A stretch of DNA of 64,000 nucleotides, from contig NMRA01000739.1 in assembly GCA_002633005.1 (NCBI GenBank), forward strand, positions 107,925 through 171,924. The letters are read 5' to 3'. Origin of the DNA: Phoronis australis (taxonomy: Eukaryota; Animalia; Phoronida). Of this stretch, positions 25,081 to 38,862 are shown piece after piece; within the stretch, counting starts at the first letter, position 1, and the number at the start of each line of letters is the position of its first letter. The notes below the pieces were generated by a model, which was given only the letters and a program-made list of their open reading frames with translations, made no database searches and had not been told where the DNA came from. The position numbers were made by a program, and so were the translations under genes.

Positions 25081-27454
25081 TACCTCGGGTTCTCGCTTTG
25101 GGTAAAATCTCACAAAGATTCATTGTAGTATTTTCAAGAACAATCGGTCAATTCTGTTATGGTCTCGGCTTTGTTCATGGCGTACGTCAAACCGAAATCA
25201 CATAGAAGTCCCAGGAAATGACGGATAGGCTACCATTTGTTCGGGGAAAAATGAGGCGGTTCATTAGAAACGAAATGTGATTCATGCGGCGAAAAGAACT
25301 CAGTTGGTGAGAACTGGGTTTGGGTTGATGAGAAAACAAAACTACAGCTCGCAAGAAAACGTTCGTTATGAGTAAATGACAGTGGTAATGAATCTCGAAT
25401 GTCCGTGTACAAGTCCGTGAGGGTGAACTTGTAGACTTTGCACACGCCTTGAATGATATCGGTGGAGGTGAAAATCATTGTAGCTGCTCACCGGTGTAGC
25501 AGTATTGCCTAAGACGGGTACCTTCTTTAACAAGCTTCAGTGCACAGGGTCTAATATGTGTACCAGAAATCAAACTCAAGATAATTTTTGACGTTTTCCG
25601 TTCTACGTTAATATGAACTTAAAAACAAAGGCGGGAACGTGATTGTGCGAGATCAGCCACGCCGGATAATTGAGCTGCATGTACACTCTAGAGGTCGCAG
25701 TCTAACGGTCTGCTGGCGGAGCTAGAACACTTGTCGCAAAATGACGTGGTATTTTAAGCCCATTAATTATGTGAAGCTACCGGCACTGGTTTTCACAAAT
25801 TTCAGCGAAATATTTTGCAACAAAAATGAGTGCGCCACTACTGTGCGCTGCAAAATTTAAACGTAAAACATTTTACCTGCATGTACCGACCAACCCGTCT
25901 CAGAGGAGGGAGGATGCGGCAAAGGGGATTTTAAAGAGCGCGTTCGTATGAACTTGTTTTTTGTAACCCACCGAGGTGAAACCCGGCGATGTTATTTATA
26001 GCAGTCAACTGTCACGTATTCGGGTCATCGTCTGTACATCGCAGATACGTCTGTACTTTGGATATTTTTTTCATTTGGAGATCATCCTGGTTTACGTGCG
26101 TCGGCGTATCTAGGATTGCACTAGTATTGGCGGACCCAAGTTTATTTTTACTAAAATATGTGCAAGGAGTTTATTTGAACATGTAGGTCTACAACCCGTC
26201 TTTCTGAGCTCAATGGGGCTTCCATGCACATAATCTAAAGAATTAGGAGCCGCCTGTGTGCTGTTTTCAAAGGTTACGCCAACACTTCCATGCTAACTCC
26301 TCATGCGACATCCTTCAGTAGATCCGCCAGTATAGTGGCCGTATGAGGTCCAAACATGGGAACTCTGTCCTTCTATATTTGCCTCCTGTAGATGACATAA
26401 AACGGTACGGCATATATTTCCAAGTCGATGTTTTGAGGTAGCGTGTTCTTGACAGTTTTAAAACCGTGTTTCAGAACCAACACGCGTTTTTCTATTATTC
26501 TTCGTCAAATTCAGATTCACACCGTTTGGAAATGTAACAACTGTCCTGGCAAGTCACCAGAAAAATTTCAATGAACTTAGACGTTTTTCTTTTCTCCTAT
26601 TTCAAACACTGATATTTTACCCAATTACCTATTCACGCAATAACGCATTCTTCTAAGCCATCTATACCCACCTAGTGGCAGCATTTGCATACTGTAGGCG
26701 CATGTCTTAATCGGCTAAGCCGTTGTGTATTTTTTAGTCACACGTTTGATATTTAATAGATAATCTACCTCTTCCATTATGTAGCGGTAATTAAAGTTTC
26801 ACGCATATAGAAATTTGCCCCTCGGTTATTCTCACGGCACAATTACACATACGCGCATGCGCCAAATTCCGGATCATTCATACAGTACATGTATTTCGGT
26901 AGGAACTGTACATATTAATAGCCTATCTACACCGAGAGATGACCTTATCAAATCTAAAGGGCACGTGCACTGCATGACCTTGACTGAACCTTAAGTTTAA
27001 TAAGAAAGTGCCTTCACCATAAACAAGCCTTGAGGTCATTTCTTAATGTTTTGGCTTGACTGCTTAAATAATGCAGTTAGCGTCGAAGCGAATGGTATTG
27101 ATTGATAATGATTTTTTGTAGCACAGTGTGCCACGCTTGCTCGAAAGTTTTCAACTGCCACCGAATGAAAGCTAAAAACACTTTCAGATTTTATTCGAAA
27201 AAATCTTGACCAGGAGTTCAAATAGGCCTGCATCTCGACAGTCATCACGTGATCGCGAAAGAAACTACATTTTCTTTTTATTGAAACTTATTTATGTTTG
27301 TTTCAGTATGTTTAGATGAATTTTTGGTCATACAGTGTATATTTTATTTTATTCTCACGACTTCAACTTGGATTGCAATGGAACGTAGCGTCCAACGTAC
27401 CTGTCCAAGCCATGTCATTTGCATAGAATCGTTTTCATTACGATTACCATTACA

Positions 27455-27585
27455 ATATATGATAACGATGATGGTAATAACTATAATAAATATTATTATT
27501 GCACTATAAAAATAACAATAATGATGATAATAGTAACAGCAATAATAATAACAATAATAATAATAATAACACCAATAATAATAAA
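27455..27585. repeat. (AAT)n-rich microsatellite
   Basis: aataataataacaataat run; may be the tail of the adjacent minus-strand LINE relic. Confidence 0.85.
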
Positions 27586-27749
27586 ACCAGCAATATATTA
27601 ATTTGATTCCTTGTAGTACAAAGGCCTGCGGCCTATACACATAGTTTAACAATACAAAGTTACGTATTTACATCGTCTCTTTTACCAGCACCCAACAAAT
27701 ACTGAGGTAAATCTAAAATATTACATTTCAACATGATGTTTTTACAGTT

Positions 27750-28100
27750 AGTTCACTGTTCAAATTATTAAATATCTCGAAAATTATTCTTAGGTCGTCA
27801 GAAAGTGGATACTCGATCAAAAACTGATATTCGTCTTCTACGACATGTAAATCACAAACATTGCATAACCTATTCTCTCTCCCCTTTCTACTTCTAGCTC
27901 GTGGTTAGATCGTCTAAATTTTGCCAAAACCTTCAAATACTTTCTGCTTTTTACACTTAGGACATAGGTTTCCATAATTAAGTGTTGTTTACATAATCTG
28001 TAAGTATCTAATTTACTTATAAAATAGCAATGCCAAATCAAGATCTGAACAATAATTGTTTAACACAAAACGCCCAACAGTTGACATTTCATTCAGTTAA
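27750..28100 (-). mobile_element. Degenerate 3' end of a CR1/L2-type LINE
   Basis: The minus strand gives KYLKVLAKFRRSNHELEVERG, the K.R.S.H.LE.E.G motif of CR1/L2 ORF2 C-termini; the frame is broken. Confidence 0.6.
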
Positions 28101-28654
28101 ATCATATTGATAGTTGTAACAATTTTATATACTAGTTTTCACCAGCTTTAAGCAATTTAATCAATATTTAATTATTGTTATTATAGAAAATCGTAATGAT
28201 AACAGGGTGTTTCTTACCAGTTCTCCGATGACCGCTAGGTTGGGACATCTTGCCCAAGACCCAATAAAAATTTACAAAACTTATAATTTTGTAAGATTTC
28301 TACATCCGCTGCGGAATGAAAACCCCATATCACCACACCATACTGTAGTATTAGTTTGATTTTACAATAAAAATATGAAGCCAGGTGAAAACCGATACCT
28401 CTTCAAACTGAGAGATATGTTTTTTTTTTAATGTATAACCGATCTTTGCAAGTTCACTGTTGTGCTTGCAAATATTATTTAGTCGTCGTCAAACAGTAGA
28501 CAGTACATGTTTAAAATGCCAATGTACACACCTGCTGTGGAGTTATCTGCCTGTAACTTGTGTTCAAGATCGGCTATAAACAATGAAAAAATAAACAGAG
28601 ATAGCTGTCACCCCGGCAAACTCCTAACAAACAATCAAAATAATCAATAACAAT

Positions 28655-28685
<31 letters not shown>

Positions 28686-29856
28686 GCAATAGTAATAACT
28701 TATCTATTTTTGGTCTCGACTTGTAATTGCACAATAAACCATCACCAACAACAACAAAATCCAATTTCATGACAATCAATTAGGTTTAGTAACTTATTAA
28801 ATTGGTTTCAAGCTTAAATACACTCTTTTCCATTCATTTTGGTTTAATTTCTATTTTAGCTGCCCCTGTGAGTAACAGTAGAGTCGTGCATTATGGTTAT
28901 ATTATGTAATGAATTTCCGCGGAAATCCCGCCTACTTAAAAAAATAAAAAATAGTAAAATAACTCAAACACAGATAGGCTGATAGTTACGAACGAAGTGT
29001 TTTACTTGATATATTTAAACTGACGAAACTCATCCATCTCACCTTTTTGTGGGACGACTTTGATTCTTAAAGAGCCTGTATTCGACACTCTTCTCCGTAT
29101 CCGATGCGGCAGTTTTCAACAAACACACGATCAAAAATCTTTTTTCATCGTTAAAATGCTGAGCAAAATTTCCTGCAATTCGACTACATTTTTGATTTCC
29201 TTCACGAGTTTCGCCATGACTTAGATGAAATTCAATGTACGGTCCAATTTTAAGAAATTACACTATGGGTTGAAAGAGCAGAGTCTTCGTTTCGTTCCGT
29301 CGATATTTCAATGACTTCGACTGAAAACGTCTTTCAACAGTATTCTAAATAATTATCTGCTAATCCGTAACTTGTCTTGCCGCACGACTGAGCCAACGTG
29401 ATTAGCCAGCAGTATCGGCTGGTATCAATTATGACAACAATTACTTTCACGATGAATTGTTGAAAATTAGTGTCGATCCTTGATGTTACTAGAAATAATG
29501 AACCTTTAAAAAGGGAAGACGTACCGTTCTTGTTTAGTGGCTCTAGATATCTGTATGAATGAAAGTAATGTTTAGGCTGCGCGATGTCCTTGGGACTAGA
29601 GTAGCGCCGGGTCACGACTATTTGGAAACGTTAATTTATATATTTTGCAAATTTATCACGAGATCGACATAACTAACGAGTTTTCGCCTACACACACAAA
29701 GCCCAATGTTTAGATCGCTGTTCAGTGGCGCGTTGAGAAGAAGCGGATATATTCTAGCTAGCGCGCGAAAAACAGGCTTAGTAAAGAAAGGTGTTGAACG
29801 GAGTCAGGCGATTCTGAAAACCTGTCAACAGCTACTACCGGTTGAACGCGAATCTG

Positions 29857-29976
29857 ATATAAAAAGCCACGGGATTGTTATCGAGCATCGTTCCTCACTA
29901 TCATCAAATCAATGACGGGTGAGAGGCGGATACTGTTCTGAAATTGGCAAAGGTCAATTTTTGCGGTTTTAATCAG
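29857..29976 (+). promoter_or_regulatory. Putative TATA promoter and 5'UTR exon of the trunk-like gene
   Basis: TATAAAAA at ~29858 and donor CAG|GTAAAT at 29977; acceptor ttttttgcaatttcag ends at 31995, just upstream of the ATG at 32105. Confidence 0.45.
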
Positions 29977-30728
29977 GTAAATAACAGTACACAGCCAGTT
30001 GGCACGAAGGTAGGTAAATTGTTTACAAGATTCCAAATTGGAATTTAGTTAGTCTTTTCATTACTTGTTGCTTGGACAAATGCATTAAAGCCACATTCGA
30101 ATCATCGCATCAAGGACCAGAAAACTATCCATGCATGCATACATGAAAGCCATATTGAAATAGTTGAAATTTATATGTATGATTTACTAATTGCAAATAA
30201 CAATTTTACTGACATCACTCGCGTAAGGCTAGTACGACTTTCCTTATCGAATGAGTTTTTGACAAAGAAATGCAGACTTACGTAACGACGCCGGGCGTTT
30301 ATCCGATTAGAAGGATGTTTTTAGTGTTGGCTTTGTCATTGTATGTACATGTTACATGCTCTCTACCGACACCATCCATTATTTGCCTAAATCCATATGC
30401 ATAACACTTTGTAATGAGAACACAAGCAAAATCGTCATGCTACAGCTGGGCGTAATAGTGCAGTAGTTCTACAGTACGTACACTATGTATGATGTGTGAC
30501 GTGTGCCCTTGACGTCATCCAGTGAGAACTGGCGGGTAAATCCATTGCCTTGCGACAGTTAAGTACGTCGCTGTTAGAACGCAGCGTTTGTTATTTGGAA
30601 CCGCCCCATCTCATTGCTTTTAGGTCATTACTTATTTTTGAAGATGATTAATTCAGTGACAGGTCTTCAAAAATGCTCCTATTGCCTTGCAGCATGATAC
30701 ATGTACGTAGATTTTTTTCTACAAATTC

Positions 30729-31620
30729 TGCGGCGGATCTAGGATATCACAAGGGGGGGGCCCAACATTTTGTCTGTAAACATTTGCTCAAGCACGATTG
30801 TATATGCGCACAGCACCGAATGGGGGGAGGTCGGGAGGGGGGTTTGCCTCCCTCCCGCTCACGAATTGTTTCTGTTTTTTCCTCTAAACATCAAGCATTT
30901 TCCTTGATTCCCGAAGTGTTATCCAAGAAAAAAGGCTCAAAAATAAACGAAGAAAGTGTCAACCAGAAAATACAGCAAGTACCACGGTCTCGAACTCACG
31001 ACCTAGCGGATAGAGTGCGCGCGCTTTACAAATACGCCACTACGATTTAACTCTTAATTTGATACTAAGAGAACAACTTACTTATGGTCCACTCCTTCTT
31101 TTTGTAATGCTTATTACATGTTTTTATATTTTGTGCAATCAGTTCGTAACAAATTTGTTGTAATTAAAATAGTCTTCAATTGCCCCGAAGACCAAATCCG
31201 TTTTTTGTGTTGGCAACAATGACGCGATTGCTTTGGAAATCGTCTTAATTTAAGGTTTGACAAAGAGAGAATTATGAGTGTCTGAGTGATTCACTAAAGC
31301 TTCGATTAAAATTGACATCTCACCAGCAGCTTCTGTTTTTTACCATCCCTAAGATTTCAGTTTCTTTAAAAAATGAAGTAATTTTCTTCATTGCACAGTG
31401 GAGCAGACGACGGAAACGGAGTCGTAGTGCCCAGCGCCACTGCCGGTCGCCTAAGATATATCGGGAGAGCCTATACTTAGCCATAGTTCCGTTACGATTG
31501 AGCCGTGTTCCGAATTTGACACTTGAAATTGGACCCCCTCCCCCCAAACATTAAAACTGCACACATTTAAATCTTGTTTCAGCCGTATAATTTTAATTAC
31601 CGGGGTTAATTAATCAACTC
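30729..31620 (+). mobile_element. hAT-like MITE family A, copy 2 (3' end truncated)
   Basis: GGCGGATCTAGGATATCACAAGGGGGGGCCC start; interior matches the reverse complement of 42648-43667. Confidence 0.85.
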
Positions 31621-32104
31621 AACATTTCCCTACGCTCTTGTTGTTTTATTTTTGCGCCTATGAAATTACAAAATTAATCAGCTTATGTTGCAAAACGGCT
31701 TTCCACATCAAGATAAACATCGTTTGCAACAACAAAATAGGTAATTCAGTAGGCCAGCTTGTAAAAATACCGTCAAAGAGCCGCCATCTCTGGAAAGGCT
31801 GGCCTATACTTCCAGGAAAGGGTTCCTTCGTGTCAGTCGTGGGAGATATCTCAATTGCTTATAGAAGAAACCAATTACTACATCATTTCAAGGAGAGCTG
31901 TGAATTCAGTTTCTTAGCCTAAACGTATTTCAGTACGATGTCATGTTTGGTAGTAAAAATGTCCCTTTCACTGATTGCTTTTTTTGCAATTTCAGGTCTC
32001 TCCAACCCGTTTCAGGAATGCCTGGGCATTTAGAAGCATGATCTCGTTTTCCTCTTGAAATACTACAAGACGTACAAAGGAAATATTTATTCCTGCATGC
32101 TATT

Positions 32105-33049
32105 ATGAAACCGTTCATCACACAACTAACGTTGTTGCTCTTCATTGCCAAGATACTAAAGCCAAAAGGATTTCTCATATCCCACGAGCCGCCACTCTCG
32201 ACAACAATGAAACTATACGAAAAAGCTGCCGAAGTTACAACAGGTGCGTTTACATTAGAGGCACACATAAGAGAAATCCGCGGGAACAACAGTGAAAACG
32301 CGACGTTCCAATACCTCTTCAAAATGGCCGACTACAGATTACGTAAACAAAAAAATCTAGATCATCCACGGTTCTCGCGCAGTGCTAGTAAAGGTCGAAG
32401 GCGGAAAACACACAAGCACAAAACCCCACAACTTATTATGAGAATGAGGTGTTCCGATAAAGAAACCAGAACTGACCACTACAAACATCTGATTGGGCCA
32501 GTGTTTGACATAAGATACTTGTCATTTGAAAAACCAAAAGAGCTCGTAGACACCGAACAAAATGGGTCAAAAGTAGATAAGAATATATCTATGGTAAGAT
32601 CTGACAACATTAGTGATATTAATTCAAATTTTGACAAAGGCCGAGAAGCAGCCTCTGACCCAAGTCAAGAGAGTGCAACTGGTAGACTTCTACGTCATCT
32701 TCGCTCAGTGAATGAGAGGAAGACTTTAGCAAAACCGTGGGATTGCGAATCTCGCGTGATTTGGCGGGACTTGGGTGACAACTATCTCCCACGCTTTCTT
32801 CGCAGTGTACAGTGCAGTTCGGATAGGTGTTGGAACAGATTATTTTATTGCGTTCCTCGAGTATTTACCGTTCCAGTATTCAAACGGAAGTCATTATCTT
32901 GCGAAGAGCAGAAAGTCAGGAACGCTAAGAGAAAACGAGCGGGCAAAAAGTGGAAGCATAGATTGGAGGAACAGTGGGAATTGTCAAAGACAAATGTGAC
33001 ATTTTGCTGTGAATGTTCACAGCGCCCAGGACAACATTTCCTAACTTAG
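32105..33049 (+). CDS. trk: Trunk/PTTH/Noggin-like secreted cystine-knot prepro-protein (314 aa)
   Basis: Hydrophobic N-terminal signal-like stretch and basic cleavage-like sites (RHLR|S). The C-terminal PWDCESRVIWRDLGDNYLPRFLRSVQC...CW...C.PRVF...W......VTFCCEC is the trunk-type cystine-knot signature. AATAAA at 33096. Confidence 0.85.
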   Translation: MKPFITQLTLLLFIAKILKPKGFLISHEPPLSTTMKLYEKAAEVTTGAFTLEAHIREIRGNNSENATFQYLFKMADYRLRKQKNLDHPRFSRSASKGRRRKTHKHKTPQLIMRMRCSDKETRTDHYKHLIGPVFDIRYLSFEKPKELVDTEQNGSKVDKNISMVRSDNISDINSNFDKGREAASDPSQESATGRLLRHLRSVNERKTLAKPWDCESRVIWRDLGDNYLPRFLRSVQCSSDRCWNRLFYCVPRVFTVPVFKRKSLSCEEQKVRNAKRKRAGKKWKHRLEEQWELSKTNVTFCCECSQRPGQHFLT

Positions 33050-34639
33050 GTGGTTTAAGTTTATGTATTTAATCTATTTTTATGACCGACGTAACAATAA
33101 AATCTCAAGTATTTTATATCTTAACATGAAGTGCCGTCTCTTTATCATAGTATATGAACTTAATTATAATCTTGGTTAACATGTTATTTTCTGCCCAGTG
33201 TGCGTGCCTCCACATAAAGTGTAAATATTTTTTTTTATAATTTTCAGTGTTGTTCACATTTTTGGAAATATCCTCGACAACGTCGTTCACAAATTTTGAT
33301 TAAGGGCGCCTACATGTACGTATGTATAATCAATTCTAGTACGGCATTCACAAGTCGCCCGATTTAAATGTAGATCGGAAGTCTGATCGGACCCTTGAAA
33401 ATTCAAGTGTGAACGCTCATCAGACACGTGATCTGGCTTCTTAGTGTCAGTCAGACCATCCCCCGTGAGGAGGCTATGTTTGAAAGAAGCAATTTGCATA
33501 GCAGTCATTCTGTGTTCGCCCACAATTCCATAATCATAATAACATTTTTCACATAAAAGAGACTTGTGCCGATTCATTTTAGTTAAAAACTTCATAAAAC
33601 GGATTTTAACGCGAATAAGTTTAATGGAAACCTAAACCTAAATGATGGTCATTTAACACAACTCCACATATTTTCAAACTTAACTGAATTTAATATGAAT
33701 TTTAGTTTAATTATTTTAGGTGGTGCAGTACAACAAAAAATGGCCGCCGTAGTGAATGACAAATGCTTCATGCATAATAGGTGCTCACTCAACTGTCGCC
33801 ATATATAAGGTTTCCGCGCACATCCCCCCCCCCACTCCTTAAAAATAAAAAAACAATAGTAAAATAAGACAAAAACAAAACGAGTCAAAAGTTACGAAAT
33901 ACTGAAGTTACGAGTGACGAAGCTCGTCCTGCGTTCTAAATTGCTGAATAAATAGTTTTTTTTAATGTTATGCTACCACTCGTGGCTGATAGCACGCGCA
34001 TGTGAACTCTTTCTTACGAGTGACACGTTCTCGTACATTTCTTCTGCGCAATGACAGGACTTCAAAAGCTCAATATCTTAGTTATTGAAGGGAGTGTTTG
34101 AGCGCACTTGGCATTTCCTTTTCATGTCAAAAGGATTCGATGGCGGCCCTTCCCCCTTCATTGTCTTGGAATCTTCAAGAAAATTTAACGCACGCCAATT
34201 CCAAATAAAGGTATTTCAACAATACAACATTTTTAATGACAAGAGACTTGTTATGTTTATATATATTGAATTTCTGGTGACCACCAACATTTCATACCCT
34301 AATACCGATCAACTGCGCAAACAAACTTGATATAAAGTACTGAAAATACACTAAATTTACACAGCTAAAAATTCCGAAATAGTTGTAACGGACTCTGGAT
34401 TATTTTCTCGGTTGCGGAATTCCATCTTTACTCTAAACACGTAAAAGAAGAGACATACGAAGTATAGTATATCGATATTCAAGAAAATACTCATGGTTTC
34501 TACAACCCTCGCAGGGTGTTCGAGTATTGTTTTCAAAAACACTCCAGTGCTCTACATTCTAGCTAATGATTCGAAGATTTCACGTTATCAGATTATCCTG
34601 AAGTTTATCATGTAAATAGGTATTGTAGAGGCAACATGG

Positions 34640-35115
34640 GCCACCTTATCAAACATTTAGTACAGGGATATGGTTTTGGCTTTGTTTGGGCACAACAAAA
34701 CGTTGGAGATATTGGTGTATTTTTGAAAATATTTACTCAGAGGGTTAAAGACTGCGCCTTCCAAGAATGGGATTGTAGAGTTAGAAATAGTAGTAAACTC
34801 GTTGCATAAAAACATAACTGCTGTACCAAATCTGAGTGAATGTTATAAAATATGGTGATATAAAATTACTTCTCATACTCTTGAAATCGAGGTAGCGGGA
34901 GGAAGAGTAGATAGAGAATTAAGGCTGTGAAAATATTGCAAGAAATTTGATTTATATGAATATGACAAGATGCTTTTTGTATGATTACTTGAGTGTCCAG
35001 TTTATTCCACAACTGTCTCAATGCGATAAGTTACACGAATAACGTTTCAAGTAACTTCTTGGTTAATTTGTCAAAATTCATCAAGAAAGCTTTTCTCATA
35101 AGAGCTAGTGTCTAA
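34640..35115 (+). mobile_element. Degenerate 3' end of a CR1/L2-type LINE
   Basis: Broken frames give FTQRVKDCAFQEW...NSSKL, SHTLEIEV, DRELRL*KYC and LLECPVY. Confidence 0.6.
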
Positions 35116-37189
35116 ATGCTTCAGCGTTTCAATTGTTATTTTGTACATCAGTGTGTTTGTATATATACTTGGCAGGCGGACCTTTTATGTACAAAAATTA
35201 AGAATAAACGCGTGTAAACGTCGAAGCAACGAGTGACAGAATAAAATCAAAGCGTTTATAAAACTGCCCTCCATCACAAAAACCTTTCTATTCACACCCA
35301 TTTACCGATACCAAATTTCTCTCAAATGTGTCTTTAGTTAAAATGAAGATGATTTCAGAACTTCGAACAAGCTGGCAGATCGTCATAGCTTGAGATCAGG
35401 CACTACAAGTTGTCTTGCACCACGAGCTTGCGCACACCATGTCATCTCATGGTATGCGCCGAGCACGGTCTCAACGAATTATGACGAACTATAAGATATT
35501 TGCAAACTCAGAAATCTGTTCTCATCTAAGTAATAAACACGTTAAGACCAATTTTATAGGGACACAAGGTCTAAAGTCAAGTTCACTTCTTGGGCCGCAT
35601 GCAGCGTTTGCGATCAAGTTTTAGAGTGGACTGGAACCCTTTTTTGCTTTATAAATACAACCCTGTTTGAAGTTTCTGTTGTCTGCCTGAACTACATGTA
35701 ATTGGCGCGGCGTAAGTTATTTTTTTCCATTATTTAAAGCAAACTATTCTTTGATCATTCGTATCTGTAGGCTGTTATGCATCTGGAAGTATAAGGACTC
35801 TTGTCATTGCATTCCTTGGTATGCACGTGTCGGCAGGTGGTCAATGAGAAAGACTAAAAGTAAACATTTACCTACAACGTGCCTTGAGTTCAGATTCCAT
35901 GGTCTCAAGGTATCTTACAGTGTATGCAATATTTATCGCATATTATGTGTGTAAATATTTTGTTCATCGTCCTTAATCTCATGGACCATTCCAGGTCGCT
36001 CGATTAGGATTGTTTTCGCTACTGGACATGGCGCAAATGGCCACGTAGGTCTACAGAGCTAATACGCGTTCTGTTTTGAGACATGCCGCTGTTGGCGAAG
36101 ATCCAACACGAAACTTGTTGGTGTCAGAATGTATACGTACTGCTGTGAGAGTTTGCACATGACGTAAATATGATAGTTCCGACTTCAAAACGGTTGAAAC
36201 TTATCGAGTGGGGTTCATTTTTTTTTTGCCAGCTATAGTTGAGTCCCCTCAGTTTCAATGATTCCGGCAATATTTTGTGGACCTGCTCAGGTGTGTGAGT
36301 GGACAGTTCGTGGCAAGTTTTTTTCAGGTCGCTATAAACGAAACCTAAGGGCACAGTGGGGACCTGCAGGTTGTCAAATCGAGCCCTGATTGGAGTCATT
36401 AACCTCAGTATTTTGCTGGTGAAGGAGATCAGGAAAGACTGGTTTCACGTTAGTGAAAAGCTCTTTCTAACCGGAGTAAATATTTCATCATCGGCAAGTC
36501 CAACGTAGCACCAAACCCCTTGGGTCAACTTACTACGGCGCCCCAGTACACTGGAAATGCTAACTTACAATGATCATATGTGCAAATCTACGAAAAGTTA
36601 GAGCCGCCTTTACCTGTGGCCATCCTTGCTGGGCGTGAATTCTGAGGGGCATGAGCGTACTCAGTGAGGCCAGTCTTTTGCGAGTTAGTCAAGCGATATA
36701 TTGTCAAGCACGACAGTCAAACATGTGACCTCCCTAGCTTTCAATAACTTAATCACGGGACTCATTCAGACGTTAGAAGTAGATCGGTGAAGCTCTACAT
36801 TTAGTCACAGCGCCACCTATATATGGGACCTTTTAGCAACTGGGAAAGAATGACAGTGAAGCCCTTGGTGCAGGATAATTTCTCGTTACGCTAACGACGG
36901 TTTTCACTAGCTGACATTTGACAGTCACGTAATTAGCACTGCACTTGCTAACGTGCACGTGCTCATCGCTTGTGGCGTCCTTGTTCGGCTATTTACTTGC
37001 CTGCGCATGCGCTTTTGCGAGTAACTTACTTTTATGGAACAAAGTAGTGAATAAAAACTCGATAAGTGTGGTAAACAAAAAGACGACCATGTTCTGCTTT
37101 TACACAACAAGCCTGCAGACTAGCGAATAGTATTTATTGAATCTCATAAGCTAAGTTTGTTCTCACTTGTTTTGTTCTTTCCAAATGCT

Positions 37190-37505
37190 TCATGCGGTTT
37201 CCTGACAAGCCTCGTTTTCAGCTCCTCTAATCGATTTATCTTCCACAAGTTCGCGCGCGATGCGTGTCAACCGTGAAATAACGTACCACAGAGTTACCCT
37301 TGCTTGAGGTTCAGAAGCCAGACAAGCCACTCCCAGTTCGTCTAATTGTTCGAAGTACGTCGTCTTTGGTCCGTCCACCGTACCAAATTCCGTTATGTCG
37401 CGTATAACTCGCCCGAAGCTGTAGATATCCGACGATCGCGTCGTTCTCGCTCCCGTGAACAATTCGGGTGCAATATGAGTAAATTTATCGGGCGATACCT
37501 GGCCA
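37190..37505 (-). CDS. Divergent protein kinase, coding exon 3 (subdomains VIII-XI)
   Basis: aaacag acceptor; YGQVSPDKFTHIAPELFTG...SDIYSFG...CLASEPQAR; stop at 37190. Total ~427 aa. Confidence 0.88.
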
Positions 37506-37545
37506 CTGTTTTGTAGTAAAAGAAATTGTTACAACGCGCACACAA

Positions 37546-37698
37546 CAGTGGCGGATTTAAGGGGGCCATGAACCCCCCCTTACAATTTTTCCCAATTCAA
37601 TTTAGCAGTTCGGGGGTGCGAATGTCTGACGAGCAAAATCCTAGTGGCTAATACTCTGCCCTGCTACCCCCGGACTCAAAATCCTGGATCCGCCCATG
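37546..37698 (+). mobile_element. Short hAT-like MITE family B, copy 1
   Basis: CAGTGGCGGATTT ... GGATCCGCCCATG; 5-bp TSD CACAA. Confidence 0.85.
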
Positions 37699-38367
37699 CA
37701 CAAAGACCGGTTAAATGTATGAATTTACACAAGGAATGAGAATTATGAAAACATGTCAGATGCCGCTCTCGATCAACCAGAACACATCAAAATTTCCTTC
37801 GGAGGTGCACGTTACATGCTCACGTGCGGACTTCGGTCATGAAGCAAGCCATGTGACCTTCAAACGGGAGAATAGTTAGCCGTATGACCGAGGTTTGCAC
37901 ATGCCCAAAACGTTGCGTTATCTAAAATAAAGGCATAATCTTGCAGGAAAGACAAGTGAGAAATCACTGATTTTAATCAATGAAAAGTTGTACTTGTGTA
38001 TTTATGTTATTTGTTATACAACGTACAGCTTTGTATCTGTGGCATATTGAAGTACTTGAACGAATGTGAAGACTCAGCCATTACCATAATTTGGGGTCTG
38101 AAAACCAACATATTGACCGCGGTGGAAGTCAATAATTGTTGTTTTGGAAAGGACATTTATGGTTTTGAGTGGATTTGACATTTCAGACTCGAAATAATTA
38201 AATGTCTAAAAATCTTTTGAGGATTTGAGGTGAATTTTATCACCCATTCCTAGAATATACAAGACAAAATTGATGACGACATCTGGGGGTATTCTACGGC
38301 ATATTAAGCGTTATCACTACCTGACACAATAATTCTCTAAAGACGCCGTATGTTACGACCAACTTAC

Positions 38368-38862
38368 TATGTTCTGCCGTGCTCGTCGGTAGCATGGGAT
38401 AAATCTATTATCACAACTTCTATGGTAGAAGGAGGCTTTTCCGTTATAATCAGGTTGTCCGTTTTAACATCGTTGATCAGAACTCCGTAGTCGTGCACAA
38501 CTTGAAGAGCATTTGCGGCCTTCAACACAACGCGAGCCCATGTGAGTTCAGATAAAGAGACGCCTTGCGTAAGCGCCGACTCAATCGTCCGACCCGGGTA
38601 GACGTAGTCCATAACGATGCCGTCGACGATGTTACCGACATCTTTGTGGGTGCGAAATAGACCGTAAGTCCACGGCACGCATCCCGTGTTTCGTAGCTTC
38701 AGAAGTAGTTGATACTCGTGTAGTAGATCGTCGTTATTGATGATGTTTTTAATGCACACGGTTTTATCTCCATTTTGCAGACTAAGAGACCCGACGTAAA
38801 CGCGACCGCACGATCCCTTACCTACCAGAACAGGAGCTTGCTTGGTGGAGTCAATTTCATAT
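38368..38862 (-). CDS. Divergent protein kinase, coding exon 2 (subdomains I-VII)
   Basis: VGKGSCGRVY, VCIK, HE, IVMDYV, INDVKTDN, IIDLS; acceptor gcttgtag and donor GTAAGT. Confidence 0.88.

Noticed and set aside
27294-27652. Tyr/Cys- or Ile-rich ORFs
   Set aside because: Translations of an AAT microsatellite.
31320-31547. Repeated small ORF 'ISSVKFGTR..RNG.MAKYRLSR' (also at 42789)
   Set aside because: Chance frame inside MITE family A copies with no recognisable domain.
31930-32322. Antisense ORF over the trunk-like gene (similar cases over the kinase, piggyBac and SDR)
   Set aside because: Shadow frames of real coding sequence with no motifs of their own.
36124-36399. 91-aa minus-strand ORF downstream of the kinase
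   Set aside because: No recognisable domain or convincing splice context; possibly decayed TE sequence.
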